64,000 nucleotides of DNA from an uncultured Actinomycetota bacterium (GCA_963796315.1 CAWCLH010000020.1:127245-191244); one strand, 5' to 3'. Shown: positions 22,837-33,648, counted from the first letter of the stretch. Numbers and translations are program-made. Notes: a model not told the origin generated them from the letters alone.

Positions 22837-24380
22837 GCCTGCCCGAACCGAAAGAGAGGGTCTTCGTCCTCGACTTTGGAGGACAGTACGCGCAGCTGAT
22901 CGCGCGGCGTGTCCGCGAGTGCCGCGTGTACTCGGAACTGCTCCCCTACGACACGCCCATCGAGACGTTGCGGCGCCTCGCGCCGGCCGCGCTCATCCTG
23001 TCCGGTGGACCCCGCAGCGTCAACGAGCCGGGCGCGCCCCGCATCTCTGCGGAGCTGCTCGACTTGGGCGTGCCGATCCTGGGCATCTGCTACGGGTTGC
23101 AGCTCCTGGCCAGCCTCCGCGGGGGGCGGGTGAGCAACGTCTCCAAGGCGGAGTACGGGGGCACGATGGTGGAGGTGGTCTCGGACAGCCCGCTGTTCGC
23201 CGACCTGCCGCGGGAGGCCTCCGCCTGGATGAGCCACGGCGACTCGGTGCTGGAGCCACCGCCTGGCTTCATCCTGACCGCCCGCAGCCGCGACCTGCCG
23301 GTGGCCGCGATGGAGGACCCGGAGGCAAAGCTGTACGGCGTCCAGTTCCATCCCGAGGTGCGCCACACCCCGCACGGCCAGGAGCTTCTGAAGAACTTCC
23401 TCTACCGGGTGTGTGGCATCGCGCCGACCTGGACGCCGGTCTCCATCATCGAGGAGGCGGTGGAGCCGCATCCGGGCGCAGGTAGGCGACGCCCGGGTGG
23501 TGTGTGGTCTCTCCGGCGGGGTGGATTCGGCCGTCGCCGCCCTGCTCACCTACAAGGCGATCGGCGACCAGCTGACCTGCATCTTCGTCGATCACGGGCT
23601 TGATGCGCCGGGACGAGGGCGTCGAGGTGGAGGACGCCTTCGTCAACCACTTTCACGTCCCCTTGGTCCACGTGCGGGCGCAGGAGCGCTTTCTCACGCG
23701 CCTGGCCGGCGTCGAGGATCCGGAGCGCAAGCGCAAGATCATCGGTGAGGAGTTCATCCGGGTCTTCGAGGACGAGGCGGGCAGGCTGGGCAGCGTGAAG
23801 TTCCTGGTGCAGGGCACGCTCTACAGCGACGTCATCGAGTCGGGCACCCGCGACGCGGCCAAGATCAAGTCGCACCACAACGTGGGCGGCCTGCCCGAGG
23901 ACATGGAGTTCGCGTTGGTGGAACCCCTGCGCATGCTCTTCAAGGACGAGGTGCGCGTGGTGGGGGAGGAACTGGGCCTGCCGGAGAGCATGGTCTGGCG
24001 CCAGCCGTTCCCCGGACCCGGGTCTCGCCATCCGCATCATCGGCGAGGTCACCGAGGAACGCCTGCGCGTCCTCCGGGAGGCGGACGCCGTCCTGCTGGA
24101 GGAAGTGCGGCGCGCCGGCCTGTACCGAGAACTGTGGCAGTCCTTCGCCGTGCTCCCGGCGGTCCGCAGCGTGGGAGTGATGGGCGACGAGCGCACCTAC
24201 GCCTACCCCATCGTCATCCGGGCCGTCACCTCCGACGACGCCATGACGGCCGACTGGGCCCGCATTCCCTACGACGTCCTGGAGCGCATCTCCAGCCGCA
24301 TCATCAACGAGGTGCCCGGGGTGAATCGCGTCGCCCTCGACATCTCGAGCAAGCCGCCGTCCACCATCGAGTGGGAGTGA
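22833..24380 (+). CDS. guaA: GMP synthase (glutamine-hydrolysing); several frameshifts
   Basis: ..[34 protein letters not shown]...GICYGLQLL...[17 protein letters not shown]...IEWE* (GATase domain plus ATP-PPase SGGVDS). Confidence 0.9.
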
Positions 24381-24388
24381 CCTAGATC

Positions 24389-24859
24389 GTGCCAGAGAGC
24401 CCCCAGCCCCGTCCCGAAGACGCCCACCCCGAGCGTGGCCCGGAAGGCGAACCCCTGAGCGGAGGCGTTCCCATCCGCGACGAGCCGCGTCCGCCCCGCG
24501 GGGCCGAGGAGTCGGCGCGGATCCACGAGCGCGTCTTGCTGGCCGCGCGGACCGCCGCCGACCTCAAGGCGGAGGACATCCGTATCCTCGACATGCGCGA
24601 GCTGATCAGCTACACCGACTACCTCCTGATCTGCACCGGGCGCAGCACGCGTCAGACGCGCCGTATCGCCGAGGAGATCGGCCTGAGGCTGAAACGGGAG
24701 GATGGCGGTCTGCCCGGCCATGTTGAAGGCGAGGCGGGCGCGGAGTGGATCCTCCTGGACTACCTCGACTTCGTGGTGCATGTGTTCACGCCCGAGGCCC
24801 GGGAGTTCTACCGCCTGGACGTCCTCTGGAAAGACGCCCCCCTGGAGCGCGTCGAGTAG
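24389..24859 (+). CDS. rsfS: Ribosomal silencing factor RsfS (Iojap)
   Basis: ..AADLKAEDIRILDMRELISYTDYLLICTGRSTRQTRRIAEEI...EWILLDYLDFVVHVFTPEAREFYRLDVLWKDAP. Confidence 0.8.
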   Translation: MPESPQPRPEDAHPERGPEGEPLSGGVPIRDEPRPPRGAEESARIHERVLLAARTAADLKAEDIRILDMRELISYTDYLLICTGRSTRQTRRIAEEIGLRLKREDGGLPGHVEGEAGAEWILLDYLDFVVHVFTPEAREFYRLDVLWKDAPLERVE

Positions 24860-24886
24860 AGGATCGCCCACCCCGGGGAGGACTCC

Positions 24887-26098
24887 ATGAGCGGATCGAC
24901 CCTGTTCCCCTTTCTCCCCGGATGGCCTCTTAGTTTCGGCCAGCTGGGCTGGTTCGCACTGCTGCTTCTCGCTGCCACCTTTCTGGGGGAGGTGGGGGCC
25001 CGCCTGCTGCGTCTGCCTCGGCTGGTGGGCTGGATCGTCGCCGGCTTGGCCCTCGGGCCGTACCCGATCGGGCTGCTGAGCGTGGAGACCCTGCGAAGCA
25101 TGCGACCGGTCATCGACGTGACGCTTGGCCTGCTGCTGTTCGAGCTGGGGTGGCGCCTGGACCTCTCGTGGCTGCGACGCAATCCCTGGTTGCTGGCGGC
25201 CAGCCTGTTCGAAGCTGGCCTGACGGCGGTCCTGGTGTTCGTGGCACTTCGTCTGACAGGCATGGATTCCATCTACGCGGCCGCAGCCGCGGCCATCGCC
25301 ATCTCGACCTCCCCTGCCGTCATCGTCCAACTCACCCGAGAGCTGCGCGCGCAGGGGCAGGTGACCGAGCGCCTGCTGATGCTGACCGCGCTCAACAGCA
25401 TGTACGCCGTCTTCGCCATCACCATGTGGCTGGCGTGGCTGCACCTGGAATACAAGGGCACGCCGATCACCATCGGGCTCCACCCCCTCTACCTCATCCT
25501 GGGATCGGCGGGGCTGGCGCTGGCGGGTGCGCTCGGGGCGCGCCTGGTCCCCGGGTCGTTCCGCCGTCACGAGGACACCCAACTGCTGCTGGTGCTCGGA
25601 CTGGTCGTCCTCCTGATTGCCGTCGCCGACACACTCCAGGCCTCCGTGTTCCTGACCCTGCTGTGCTTCGGGATCTTCGCCAAGAGCCTCGTCGACTGGC
25701 TCCACGTGTTGCCCAACCACTTCACCACCATCGTCTCCATCTCGATGGTGGTGCTGTTCGCGCTGGTGGGGGCCGGCCTGGATCCTGGGACGCTCGCGGA
25801 TGCACTGCCGGCCGCGCTGGCGTTCGTGGGAGCCCGCCTGGTGGCCAAGTGGTTCGCCGTCGTCGTCACGGCGCGGCCTTCTGGGCTCGCCCCGCGCAAG
25901 GGGACGCTGCTGGGACTGGGTCTCGCGCCCATGTCCGGCTTGGCGATCGTCTTGGTGCAGGACACCAGCGGCATCTACCCGGACTTCCCCACCAACCTGC
26001 TGGTGGTCGTCGTCGCAGCGGTCGTCCTCTTGGGACTGGGGGGGCCGCTCCTGACCAGGGTGGCCCTGGTCGCATCGGGCGAGAGCCGACCGGAGTGA
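24887..26098 (+). CDS. Cation:proton antiporter (CPA2 family)
   Basis: 403-aa polytopic membrane protein with Kef/NapA-like organisation. Intact frame. Confidence 0.75.
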   Translation: MSGSTLFPFLPGWPLSFGQLGWFALLLLAATFLGEVGARLLRLPRLVGWIVAGLALGPYPIGLLSVETLRSMRPVIDVTLGLLLFELGWRLDLSWLRRNPWLLAASLFEAGLTAVLVFVALRLTGMDSIYAAAAAAIAISTSPAVIVQLTRELRAQGQVTERLLMLTALNSMYAVFAITMWLAWLHLEYKGTPITIGLHPLYLILGSAGLALAGALGARLVPGSFRRHEDTQLLLVLGLVVLLIAVADTLQASVFLTLLCFGIFAKSLVDWLHVLPNHFTTIVSISMVVLFALVGAGLDPGTLADALPAALAFVGARLVAKWFAVVVTARPSGLAPRKGTLLGLGLAPMSGLAIVLVQDTSGIYPDFPTNLLVVVVAAVVLLGLGGPLLTRVALVASGESRPE

Positions 26099-26106
26099 GG
26101 TGACCG

Positions 26107-27254
26107 ATGGCCCTGGTCCCCTTCAAGGAGTCGGAGTCTTGCTCGCTGGGCGTCGAGCTCGAACTGCAGCTGCTCTCGCCGCACGACTTCGATCTCACCC
26201 GAGGAGCGCCAGACCTGATCTCCCTGCTCTCTCGACGGAGACACGCCGGTGAGGTCAAGCCGGAAATCACCCAGAGCATGATCGAGGTGAGCACCTCCGT
26301 GCACGACGACCTCGAGTCCTTGGTCGGCGAACTCCGCGCGGTCAGGGACGACCTGCTGGCGGCGGCGGACCTGCTCAACCTAGTCGTCTGCGGGGGAGGG
26401 TCGCACCCCTTTCAGCATTGGAGCGACCGCAGTATCGTCGAGACGCCTCGCTTCAGCCATCTTTCGGAGCTCTACGGCTACCTGGCCAAGCAGTTCACGG
26501 TCTTCGGGCAGCACGTGCACATCGGTTGCCCCTCGGGCGACGATGCCATGTACCTGCTGCACTCACTCTCCCGGTACGTGCCTCACTTCATCGCTTTGTC
26601 CGCCAGCTCGCCTTTCTTCCAAGGGGCGGAGACGGCTTTCGACTCCTCGCGTCTGAACTCGGTGTTCGCCTTTCCCCTGTCCGGCCGCGCGCCCAGCCTG
26701 CTGCGCTGGAATGACTTTCGCGCCTACTTCGAGAAGATGGAGGAGTTGGGCATCGTCGCCAGCATGAAGGACTTCTACTGGGACATCCGGCCGAAGCCGG
26801 AGTACGGCACCGTCGAGGTGCGGGTCTGCGACACCCCGCTGACGGTCGAGCGGGCGGCCGTGCTGGCGGCCTACATGCAGGCACTCTCCCTGTACCTGCT
26901 GGAGACGCGGCCCACGAGCCTTCGGAGGACGACTATCTGGTCTACACGTACAATCGCTTCGTGGCCTGTCGCTTCGGTCTGGACGGCACCTATCTGGACC
27001 CCCGGACCGCGCTGCACGGCCCGCTTCGCGAAGACATCTTGGCCACGCTGGAGACCCTCGCGCCCTACGCGGCCCGGCTCCGCTCCGAGCCCATGCTCCA
27101 CTACCTGAGGGCGCTGGTGGAAGAGGGCGGCAATGATGCGCGGTGGATCAGAAGCACCCGACAGCAGCTGCACTCCCTGGCGGGCGTGATGCAGGCCCAG
27201 GCGCGGCGCTGGCGCGGGGAGGACCCCCTGCCGCCGGCGGTGCTCCCGGCCTGA
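26107..27254 (+). CDS. ybdK: Carboxylate-amine ligase YbdK / glutamate-cysteine ligase family 2; one frameshift near 26900
   Basis: ..[19 protein letters not shown]...[13 protein letters not shown]...[36 protein letters not shown] is GCS2 family. Confidence 0.8.
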
Positions 27255-27355
27255 GGGGAGAGGTCCGCGGGCCGCCCGGGCTCCTCCATCCTTGAAATTG
27301 CGCGTCTTGGGCTCTAAGTTCAAACGTCGAGACGTACCTGGAGCGGAGGAAGAGC

Positions 27356-29446
27356 TTGCCTGACGGGAGGATGGAGGAGACCGACACGGGGGGCGAGATG
27401 GCGGGCCCGGCGGGCGCGCTGGGCCCCCAGAGGGGCGAGCCCCTCGCCCCGGGCCGCATTCGCCGGATGCTGGCACGCTTCTGGGCGTCGGACACGGCCG
27501 TGATGCTCACCCTGGCCGCGGTGGTCGGCACCGGGGGTGGGTTCGGAGCCGTCGTTTTCATCTGGGTCATCGGTTGGACCACCCGGCTCTTCTTCGACGG
27601 CGGCGCCCACGCCTTCGGCTTCCTGGGCCGCGGCTACGTCATCCTCCTGCCGCTCGTCGGCGGCTTGCTGGTCGGTCCGTTGGTCCACTTCCTCGCGCCC
27701 GAGGCCAAGGGTCACGGCGTGCCGGAGGTGATGCAGGCGATGGCCACCAAGGGGGGCCGCATCCGTCCCGTCGTCATCGCCGTCAAGGCGGTCGGCTCGG
27801 CCATCACCATCGGGTCCGGCGGCTCGGTCGGGCGGGAAGGGCCCATCGTCCAGATCGGCGCTGCGTTCGGTTCGGTGCTGGGCCAGCGTTTCCGCCTCAG
27901 TCAGCCCCGTATCATCGCCTTGATCGGATCAGGCGCGGCCGCGGGGATAGCGGCCACCTTCAACGCGCCCATCGCCGGCGTGATGTTCGCCCTCGAGGTG
28001 TTGCTGGGCGAATACACCGTCCAGGCGTTCAGCACCATGGTCTTCGCTTCGGTCTCGGCCAGCATCGTCAGCCGTTTCTTCCTGGGCAACCATCCGGCCT
28101 TCGCCGTCCCCGCCTACGAGTTGAAGAGTGCCTGGGAGTTGCCTCTGTACGTGGTCCTGGGGCTGGTGGCCGCCCTGGCGGGCGGCGCCTTCGTCCGAAC
28201 GTTGTACTTCGCCGAGGACGCCTTCGACGAGTGGCGCTTCCCCCCCTATCTCAAGCCGGCAGTGGGCGGTCTGGCGTTGGGCGTGGTGGGCTACTTCGTG
28301 CCGCGGGTGTTCGGCACCGGCTTTCCGGTGATCGCGGAGGCCCTGAATGGTTCGATCGCCCTCAAGATCCTGCTGGTGCTGATCGTCGCCAAGATACTCG
28401 CCACCTCGCTCACCCTGGGTTCGGGGGCCTCCGGCGGGGTGTTCGCTCCGGCACTCTTCCTGGGAGCGGTGGTGGGCGGAGCCTACGGGACCGTCGCGCA
28501 CCACCTGTTCCCCAGCGTGGTGGCCAACAGCGGCGCCTACGCGACGGTCGGGATGGCCGCGGTCTTCGCCGCCGCCGCCCGGGCTCCCATCACCGCCATC
28601 ATCATCCTGTTCGAAATGACCCTGGACTACAACATCATGGTGCCCCTGATGTTCGCCACCGTCGTCGCCACCGTGCTGGCCGGCTGGGCCGAGCCGGAGA
28701 GCATCTACACCCTCAAGCTCGTGCGCAAGGGCATCGATTTCCGCGGCCGTCACCGGATGACGCAGATGGAGCGGATACCGGTTGGCGAGATCATGACGCC
28801 GATGAACCGCATGGGAGCCGTCCGGCCGGATACCACTCTGACCGAACTGGCCGACCTCTTCGAGACGACCAAGCATCACGGGGTGCCGGTACTCGATGAC
28901 GAGGGCCGCTTGACAGGGATCGTGACCATCGAGGACCTCGAACGCGCTCTGGCGAACGGCTCCGAGGACAGCGTTGTCAGCGACATCTACAAGACCAATC
29001 TCATGGTCGCGTTCCCGGATGAGTCGCTGGAGGAGGTCCTTAGGCGGGCCGGCGGCCTGAACGTGGGCCGCATCCCCGTCGTCGACCGCGACGATCCCAA
29101 GCAGATCCTGGGCGTCCTGCGCCGGGGGGACATCATCGGGGCTCTGGGCAGCGCCTTCTCGTCCCGGCACGAGCGGGAGCGCCGGGGACGACGGGGGCGG
29201 CTGGAGGGGGTGACCCGCTCCCGGCTGGTCGAGTTCGACATCAGCAAGGACGACGGCGCTGTGGGCAGGACCCTGCGCGAGCTGCAACCCCCGCCCGAGT
29301 CGCTGCTGGTAGCGATCGAGCGCAAGGGCCGGACCCTGGTCCCCCGGGGACACACCCGGCTGCAGGCGGGCGACCACATCGTCGCCCTCGCGCCCATGGA
29401 TGGCGGCGTCCGACTGCGGCGGCGGCTCCGGGAGGGGCCGGCCTGA
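27356..29446 (+). CDS. ClC-type chloride channel/transporter with C-terminal CBS pair and TrkA-C domain
   Basis: GSGGSVGREGP and GGVFAPALFLGA ClC selectivity motifs. C-terminal CBS and TrkA-C-like segments. Confidence 0.85.
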   Translation: MPDGRMEETDTGGEMAGPAGALGPQRGEPLAPGRIRRMLARFWASDTAVMLTLAAVVGTGGGFGAVVFIWVIGWTTRLFFDGGAHAFGFLGRGYVILLPLVGGLLVGPLVHFLAPEAKGHGVPEVMQAMATKGGRIRPVVIAVKAVGSAITIGSGGSVGREGPIVQIGAAFGSVLGQRFRLSQPRIIALIGSGAAAGIAATFNAPIAGVMFALEVLLGEYTVQAFSTMVFASVSASIVSRFFLGNHPAFAVPAYELKSAWELPLYVVLGLVAALAGGAFVRTLYFAEDAFDEWRFPPYLKPAVGGLALGVVGYFVPRVFGTGFPVIAEALNGSIALKILLVLIVAKILATSLTLGSGASGGVFAPALFLGAVVGGAYGTVAHHLFPSVVANSGAYATVGMAAVFAAAARAPITAIIILFEMTLDYNIMVPLMFATVVATVLAGWAEPESIYTLKLVRKGIDFRGRHRMTQMERIPVGEIMTPMNRMGAVRPDTTLTELADLFETTKHHGVPVLDDEGRLTGIVTIEDLERALANGSEDSVVSDIYKTNLMVAFPDESLEEVLRRAGGLNVGRIPVVDRDDPKQILGVLRRGDIIGALGSAFSSRHERERRGRRGRLEGVTRSRLVEFDISKDDGAVGRTLRELQPPPESLLVAIERKGRTLVPRGHTRLQAGDHIVALAPMDGGVRLRRRLREGPA

Positions 29447-29449
29447 CGG

Positions 29450-29478
29450 TTGCGCCGCCCTGAGCCAGGGGCTATAAT
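29450..29478 (+). promoter_or_regulatory. Promoter for tRNA-Ala (-35 TTGCGC 29450-29455, 17-nt spacer, -10 TATAAT 29473-29478)
   Basis: Consensus -10 hexamer 12 nt upstream of the tRNA 5' end. Confidence 0.5.
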
Positions 29479-29490
29479 GCCCATTCGCTC

Positions 29491-29563
29491 GGGGGTATAG
29501 CTCAGCTGGGAGAGCGCGACGCTGGCAGCGTTGAGGCCAGGGGTTCGAGTCCCCTTACCTCCA
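29491..29563 (+). tRNA. tRNA-Ala (anticodon GGC)
   Basis: Cloverleaf folded by hand. Acceptor stem GGGGGTA/TACCTCC with the G3:U70 Ala identity pair. Anticodon stem CGACG/CGTTG, loop CTGGCAG (U33, GGC, A37). T-arm AGGGG-TTCGAGT-CCCCT. Discriminator A. CCA not encoded. Confidence 0.9.
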
Positions 29564-29569
29564 TGAGTG

Positions 29570-29596
29570 AGGCCGCCGAAAGGCGGCCTTTCTGTT
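29570..29596 (+). terminator. Rho-independent terminator after tRNA-Ala (AGGCCGCC-GAAA-GGCGGCCT + TTCTGTT)
   Basis: Perfect GC-rich hairpin with a GNRA-like loop and a T-rich tail. Confidence 0.8.
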
Positions 29597-29643
29597 GGGA
29601 AGGGTCGGCTCACGACGGCCCTGGTCGGCTCACGACGGCCGAC

Positions 29644-29976
29644 TCACGACGGTCCCTCGTAGCCGTGCGGTGCCTGCTCCCCATTGTACGGGACTTCGGG
29701 CAGGCGTCGGTTGAGCAGGAAGGCTCGCACCGTCGCCATGTACTTCTCCGGCTCGTCTTGGTAAGCGTTGTGTCCTGAGCCCTGCAGGTAGACGAGCGGC
29801 GTGGCGGGCAGCGCGCGTCGATAGGCCACGGCCGATGACCACGAGAGGTAGTCGCAGCGACCCTTGATGACCAGGGTCGACGGACGGGCGGCGGAGAGAG
29901 CCGGCAGAAAGTCCGCGTGCGGCTGTCTGGCGGCCGATTGCTGGTAGTAGTGGGCGTAGAAGCCGAGTCCGTGCAA
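29644..29976 (-). pseudogene. C-terminal fragment of an alpha/beta hydrolase (proline-iminopeptidase-like); N-terminal two-thirds absent
   Basis: 110-aa ORF resembling only the C-terminal part of an alpha/beta-fold hydrolase (..LVIKGRCDYLSWSSAVAYRRALPATPLVYLQGSGHNAYQDEP..). Only 40 nt separate it from the stop of the upstream FMO-like gene. Confidence 0.4.
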
Positions 29977-30018
29977 CGCGGGCCCATCAGCCTTGTCGCA
30001 AATTGCCTACCCCGGCTC

Positions 30019-31254
30019 TCAGCCCTGCGGCCGTTCGCCCCTGAGGAATGCGCGCACGCGGCCGGCGACGATGGCCGCGTCTCCGGCCACCCCCATGAAG
30101 AGGGAGGACTTTCGCGTGCGCAAGAAGGGGATGCCTACGAAGAAGAGTCCGGGGACCACCCTGCTGACGCCGTCTCGCTGGAGCGGGAACCCGAACTCGT
30201 CGAACGCGTCGGGCCATGGTAGCCAGGAGCGGTAGTCCGGGCGGTAGCCGCCCGCGAAGATGACGGCTCCGAAGTCGGAGAGATCCAGCGACTCCGGTGG
30301 GTGGTCGGCAAGGGGCGGCGGCAGCTCCAGGGACGGGAGATCGAGTCCGCGCTCGGCTGCGAACCGCTCGATCAGGTCCATCAGTTCGCGCAGGCGCTGG
30401 TCCCCCCAGGCGGCGCTCTCCTCGAGATCCGGCGCGAAGTGGGCCTGACCGTCCTCCGCCCCCAGGAAATGCCCGGCCAGGGTGACTCCCAGCGCCTGGA
30501 GAGTGCGCAGGTTCAGGTCGTGACCGCCGTCGTGGCCGGTGGCTATGGGGTTGGCGGCTAGGCGCGCCGCCGGCGAGGGGAGAGCCTCGACCGTCTGCGC
30601 GAAGAACCCCACGTTGGCCAGCCACCACACGATGTCGTGGTCGCCCAGGCGGCGCGGCACCCAGGGCGCCTTGCCACAGGCCAGCACCACCTCGCGCCCC
30701 GCTACGCGTAGGTCCTCGGCGATCTGCGCGCCGGACTGGCCGCTGCCCACCACCAGCACCTTGCCCGGCGGCAGGGCGGCTTCATTGCGATAGGCGTCCA
30801 CGTCCAGCTGGACAAGGTCCTGAGGGAGGGAGTCGGCGGCCGCCGGCCGGTGTGGCCGTTGGAAGGCGCCGGTGGCCGGCACCAGGGCACGGCTGCTCAG
30901 ATCGCCGGCCGTGGTACGCAGGATGAAGCCGCCGCCGGGCCGCGATTCCACCCCGTCGACCGAGACGCCCTCGTGAACGGGCGCTCCGAAACTGCGGGCA
31001 TAGTCCTCCAACGTGGCGACGATCTGGTCTCGCGGCATGAAGCCGTCGGGGTCGGGGCCCGAGTAGGGGCGGCCGGGCAGCCTCACCGTCCAGTTGGGGG
31101 TGACCAAGCAGAAGCTATCCCAGCGGCGCCGCCACGTCTCGGCCACGCTCCCGCGCTCGAGCACGACGTGCTCGACTCCGGCGGCGGAGAGCTCATGACT
31201 GAGGGCCAAGCCGGCCTGTCCGGCTCCGACGATGGCGACGTCGACCTGCTCCAT
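30019..31254 (-). CDS. FAD/NAD(P)-binding flavin-containing monooxygenase-like oxidoreductase (CzcO-like)
   Basis: MEQVDVAIVGAGQAGLALS (GxGxxG), a second dinucleotide motif LVVGSGQSGAQIAEDL. 411 aa, intact frame. Confidence 0.75.
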   Translation of the reverse strand: MEQVDVAIVGAGQAGLALSHELSAAGVEHVVLERGSVAETWRRRWDSFCLVTPNWTVRLPGRPYSGPDPDGFMPRDQIVATLEDYARSFGAPVHEGVSVDGVESRPGGGFILRTTAGDLSSRALVPATGAFQRPHRPAAADSLPQDLVQLDVDAYRNEAALPPGKVLVVGSGQSGAQIAEDLRVAGREVVLACGKAPWVPRRLGDHDIVWWLANVGFFAQTVEALPSPAARLAANPIATGHDGGHDLNLRTLQALGVTLAGHFLGAEDGQAHFAPDLEESAAWGDQRLRELMDLIERFAAERGLDLPSLELPPPLADHPPESLDLSDFGAVIFAGGYRPDYRSWLPWPDAFDEFGFPLQRDGVSRVVPGLFFVGIPFLRTRKSSLFMGVAGDAAIVAGRVRAFLRGERPQG

Positions 31255-31299
31255 CGGCTACCCGGCTTCCACGCCGGCGGTCGCCAGTCGACCGCGAGG

Positions 31300-31804
31300 T
31301 CACTTTCCTCCTTCAAAGGAGCGCTTCAGCGAGTCGACGGTCCGTCGGCGTTCTCCACGGGCGATCACCCCGACCATCGGTTTCATGAAGCGGAAGACGC
31401 CGGACAGGGTGGACTCGCCGACGTGGTGCACGACCGTGCCGTCAGACGTCGGTTCCAGGTCGTAGACCGCGAGTGCCTCGGCCACGGGCATCCCGAACCA
31501 GCGCAACTCCTCCCGGTAGGCGACATGCTGAGGCGGTTCGTACTCCACCACCTCCCCTCGGAAGGTCCCCATCCGCCCCTCGTCGATGAACGTGGTGCCG
31601 ACGCCCACGGGACCCTCCGAGCACTGGGTGCTCTCCTTGAACACCCCTCGGCGAGACATCCAATCGCTGTAGTGAGAGATGTCCGCCAGTCGGGTGAAGA
31701 CCTGCTCGATAGGTCGCGGAGATGACTTCGTCCCGTTCTACCCGGAACGTTGCACGTTCTGCGGTTGTGGTTTCCATCTCGTCCTCCATGGTCATCAGTG
31801 CCAT
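31300..31804 (-). CDS. SRPBCC (START/Bet v1-like, polyketide cyclase/AHSA1-like) protein; internal frameshift
   Basis: MALMTMEDEMETTTAERATFRVERDEVI.. then (frame change) ..IEQVFTRLADISHYSDWMSRRGVFKESTQ... Confidence 0.5.
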
Positions 31805-31900
31805 AGGGGCGACGCCCGCCCGTCTGTCCGCGGCGGGCTTGTCGCGCCTGTTACGTTCTACTGTGCCCACTCCGAAAGCGACGCGAACCTGGCGGCTACC

Positions 31901-33075
31901 ATGAACGTACTCCTCATCTTCTCGTTGACTCTGGTGGCGGCGGTCCTCATCTCGGAGGTCGCCGACCGCACCATCCTCTCCACGGCCGTCCTGTTCCTGG
32001 CGGTCGGGTTCCTGACCGGCGGCGTGCTGTTGGATGCCATGCCCGAAGAGCCGGGGGACCCCATCGTCCTCGGGCTTGCCGAACTGGCCCTCTTCGCGGT
32101 GCTGTTCACCGATGGCATGAGGGTCCAACTCCACTACTTCCGAGAGCGATGGAGCCTGCCGACGAGGGCGCTGTTCATCGGTCTGCCTCTCACGCTTGTC
32201 TTGCGGGGCATTGCTGGCTCACGTGCTGGGCCCGTTCACCTGGATCGAAGCACTGCTGGTGGGCGCGGCTCTCAGCCCCACGGACCCGGTCTTCGCCGCC
32301 GCCATCGTGGGGCGGGAGGAGGTGCCCCCCCGCGTGCGGCACCTGCTCAACGTCGAGAGCGGACTGAACGACGGTCTCGCCCTGCCGATCGTGCTCGTTC
32401 TGCTCGACGGCCGCCAGCGGAAGCCGTCCGCACCTGCCGGTCGTCCTGGGAGAGCTGGGTCTGGGTCTCGCGGTCGGGTGCATCGTACCGTTCGCGCTGC
32501 TTTGGTGGCAAAGAGCGACCGTCTGAACGCCACGGAGTCGTACCTGCCGCTCTACGGCTTCGCCATCGGACTGCTGCTGCTCGCCATGACCAAGCCATGA
32601 CGAACGCCAACAGTTTCCTGGCCGCCTTCGTCGGCGGCATCGTCATCAACGCCTACAGTCCGCGCGCGCGCCACGCCTTCCACCGGTTCGGCGACCTGGT
32701 GGCCGAACTTTTCAAGCTGGCGTCGGTGCTGGTGTTCGGCTCGTTGCTGGCGACCGATGTCATCGGTCACGGCGTCCCCTGGCAGGCCTACGTCTTCGCC
32801 GGATCCGCGGTGCTCCTGGTGCGACCGATCGCCCTCGTGCTTCCCCTGCTGGGAACACACCTGACCCGGCGCGAATGGGTGACCGTTGCCTGGTTCGGTC
32901 CCAAGGGCTTCGCCTCCCTGATCTTCGCGCTGCTCATCATCACCAGCGGGGCGCCCCACAGCCGTGAGATGTTCCACTTCATCGCCCTCACGATCGGACT
33001 ATCCATCCTGCTGCACTCCTCGACGGACGTCCCCATCGCACGCATGTTCCGTGACCCGGACGACAGGCCGACCAG
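31901..33075 (+). CDS. NhaP-type Na+(K+)/H+ antiporter (CPA1 family); several frameshifts, 3' end uncertain
   Basis: MNVLLIFSLTLVAAVLISEVADRTILSTAVLFLAVGFLTGG...LLVGAALSPTDPVFAAAIVG...LNVESGLNDGLALPIVLVLL...AWFGPKGFASLIFAL is a CPA1 signature. The frame stays open into nuoA. Confidence 0.7.
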
Positions 33076-33205
33076 GCCGACAGTCGGCTTTCGGATGGCC
33101 GCTCATCCTCGTCCGGGCAGACCCCTGAGCGGGGCCGTCGCGGGCGTACGCATCGCTTGGCCTCGGGTAACGGCCGACAAGTGCGGTGGAACCGAGGGGA
33201 GGACG

Positions 33206-33532
33206 GTGCAGGGACAGATCGTCGGCGACTACGCCCTCGTCGGGCTCCTGGCTCTGGTGGGTACGGGCCTTTCCCTGTTGCTGGCGGCGGCCTACCGGCC
33301 GCCGGTCCGCGTAGAGCGGGTGCCGGCCGCCTGGGCCTCCTACCGCTTCGGCTTCCCCGTCTACGCCCTGATCTTCCTCTCCTTCGACATGGAGATGATC
33401 TTCATGTACCCGTGGGCGGTGGTGTTCGCGGACCTCGGGCTGGAGGCCTTCCTGGACATGTTGGTCTTCATCGCCATCCTCTCGGCCGGCATCGCCTACG
33501 CCTGGAAGATGGGGGGCCTGCGGTGGGAGTGA
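33206..33532 (+). CDS. nuoA: Complex I subunit A homolog (NuoA/ND3)
   Basis: GTG after GGAGGAC. ..YRFGFPVYALIFLSFDMEMIFMYPWAVVFADLG..LDMLVFIAILSAGIAYAWKMGGLRWE matches the NuoA core (FDxExxFxxPWA...YxWKxGxLxW). Confidence 0.65.
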   Translation: MQGQIVGDYALVGLLALVGTGLSLLLAAAYRPPVRVERVPAAWASYRFGFPVYALIFLSFDMEMIFMYPWAVVFADLGLEAFLDMLVFIAILSAGIAYAWKMGGLRWE

Positions 33533-33648
33533 GGCGGCGGACTCGAACGCGGCGAGGCCCACGGTGCAGACCGTAGCGAGGGCCGCCGCCGTACTGGCGG
33601 CGCTGGAGTTGGTGCGCGACGCTGACCTGGCTTCTGGAGCCGAGGGCG

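Noticed and set aside
20415-23603. 1062-codon ORF suggesting one giant gene
   Set aside because: It is a concatenation of out-of-frame sequence, the pfkB-like kinase and the first part of guaA, created because a stop was removed by indels. The homologous proteins start and stop within it.
27301-27350. CTCTAAG motif resembling a tRNA-Pyl anticodon loop (CUA)
   Set aside because: No flanking anticodon stem or cloverleaf could be formed. The sequence is the leader region of the ClC gene.
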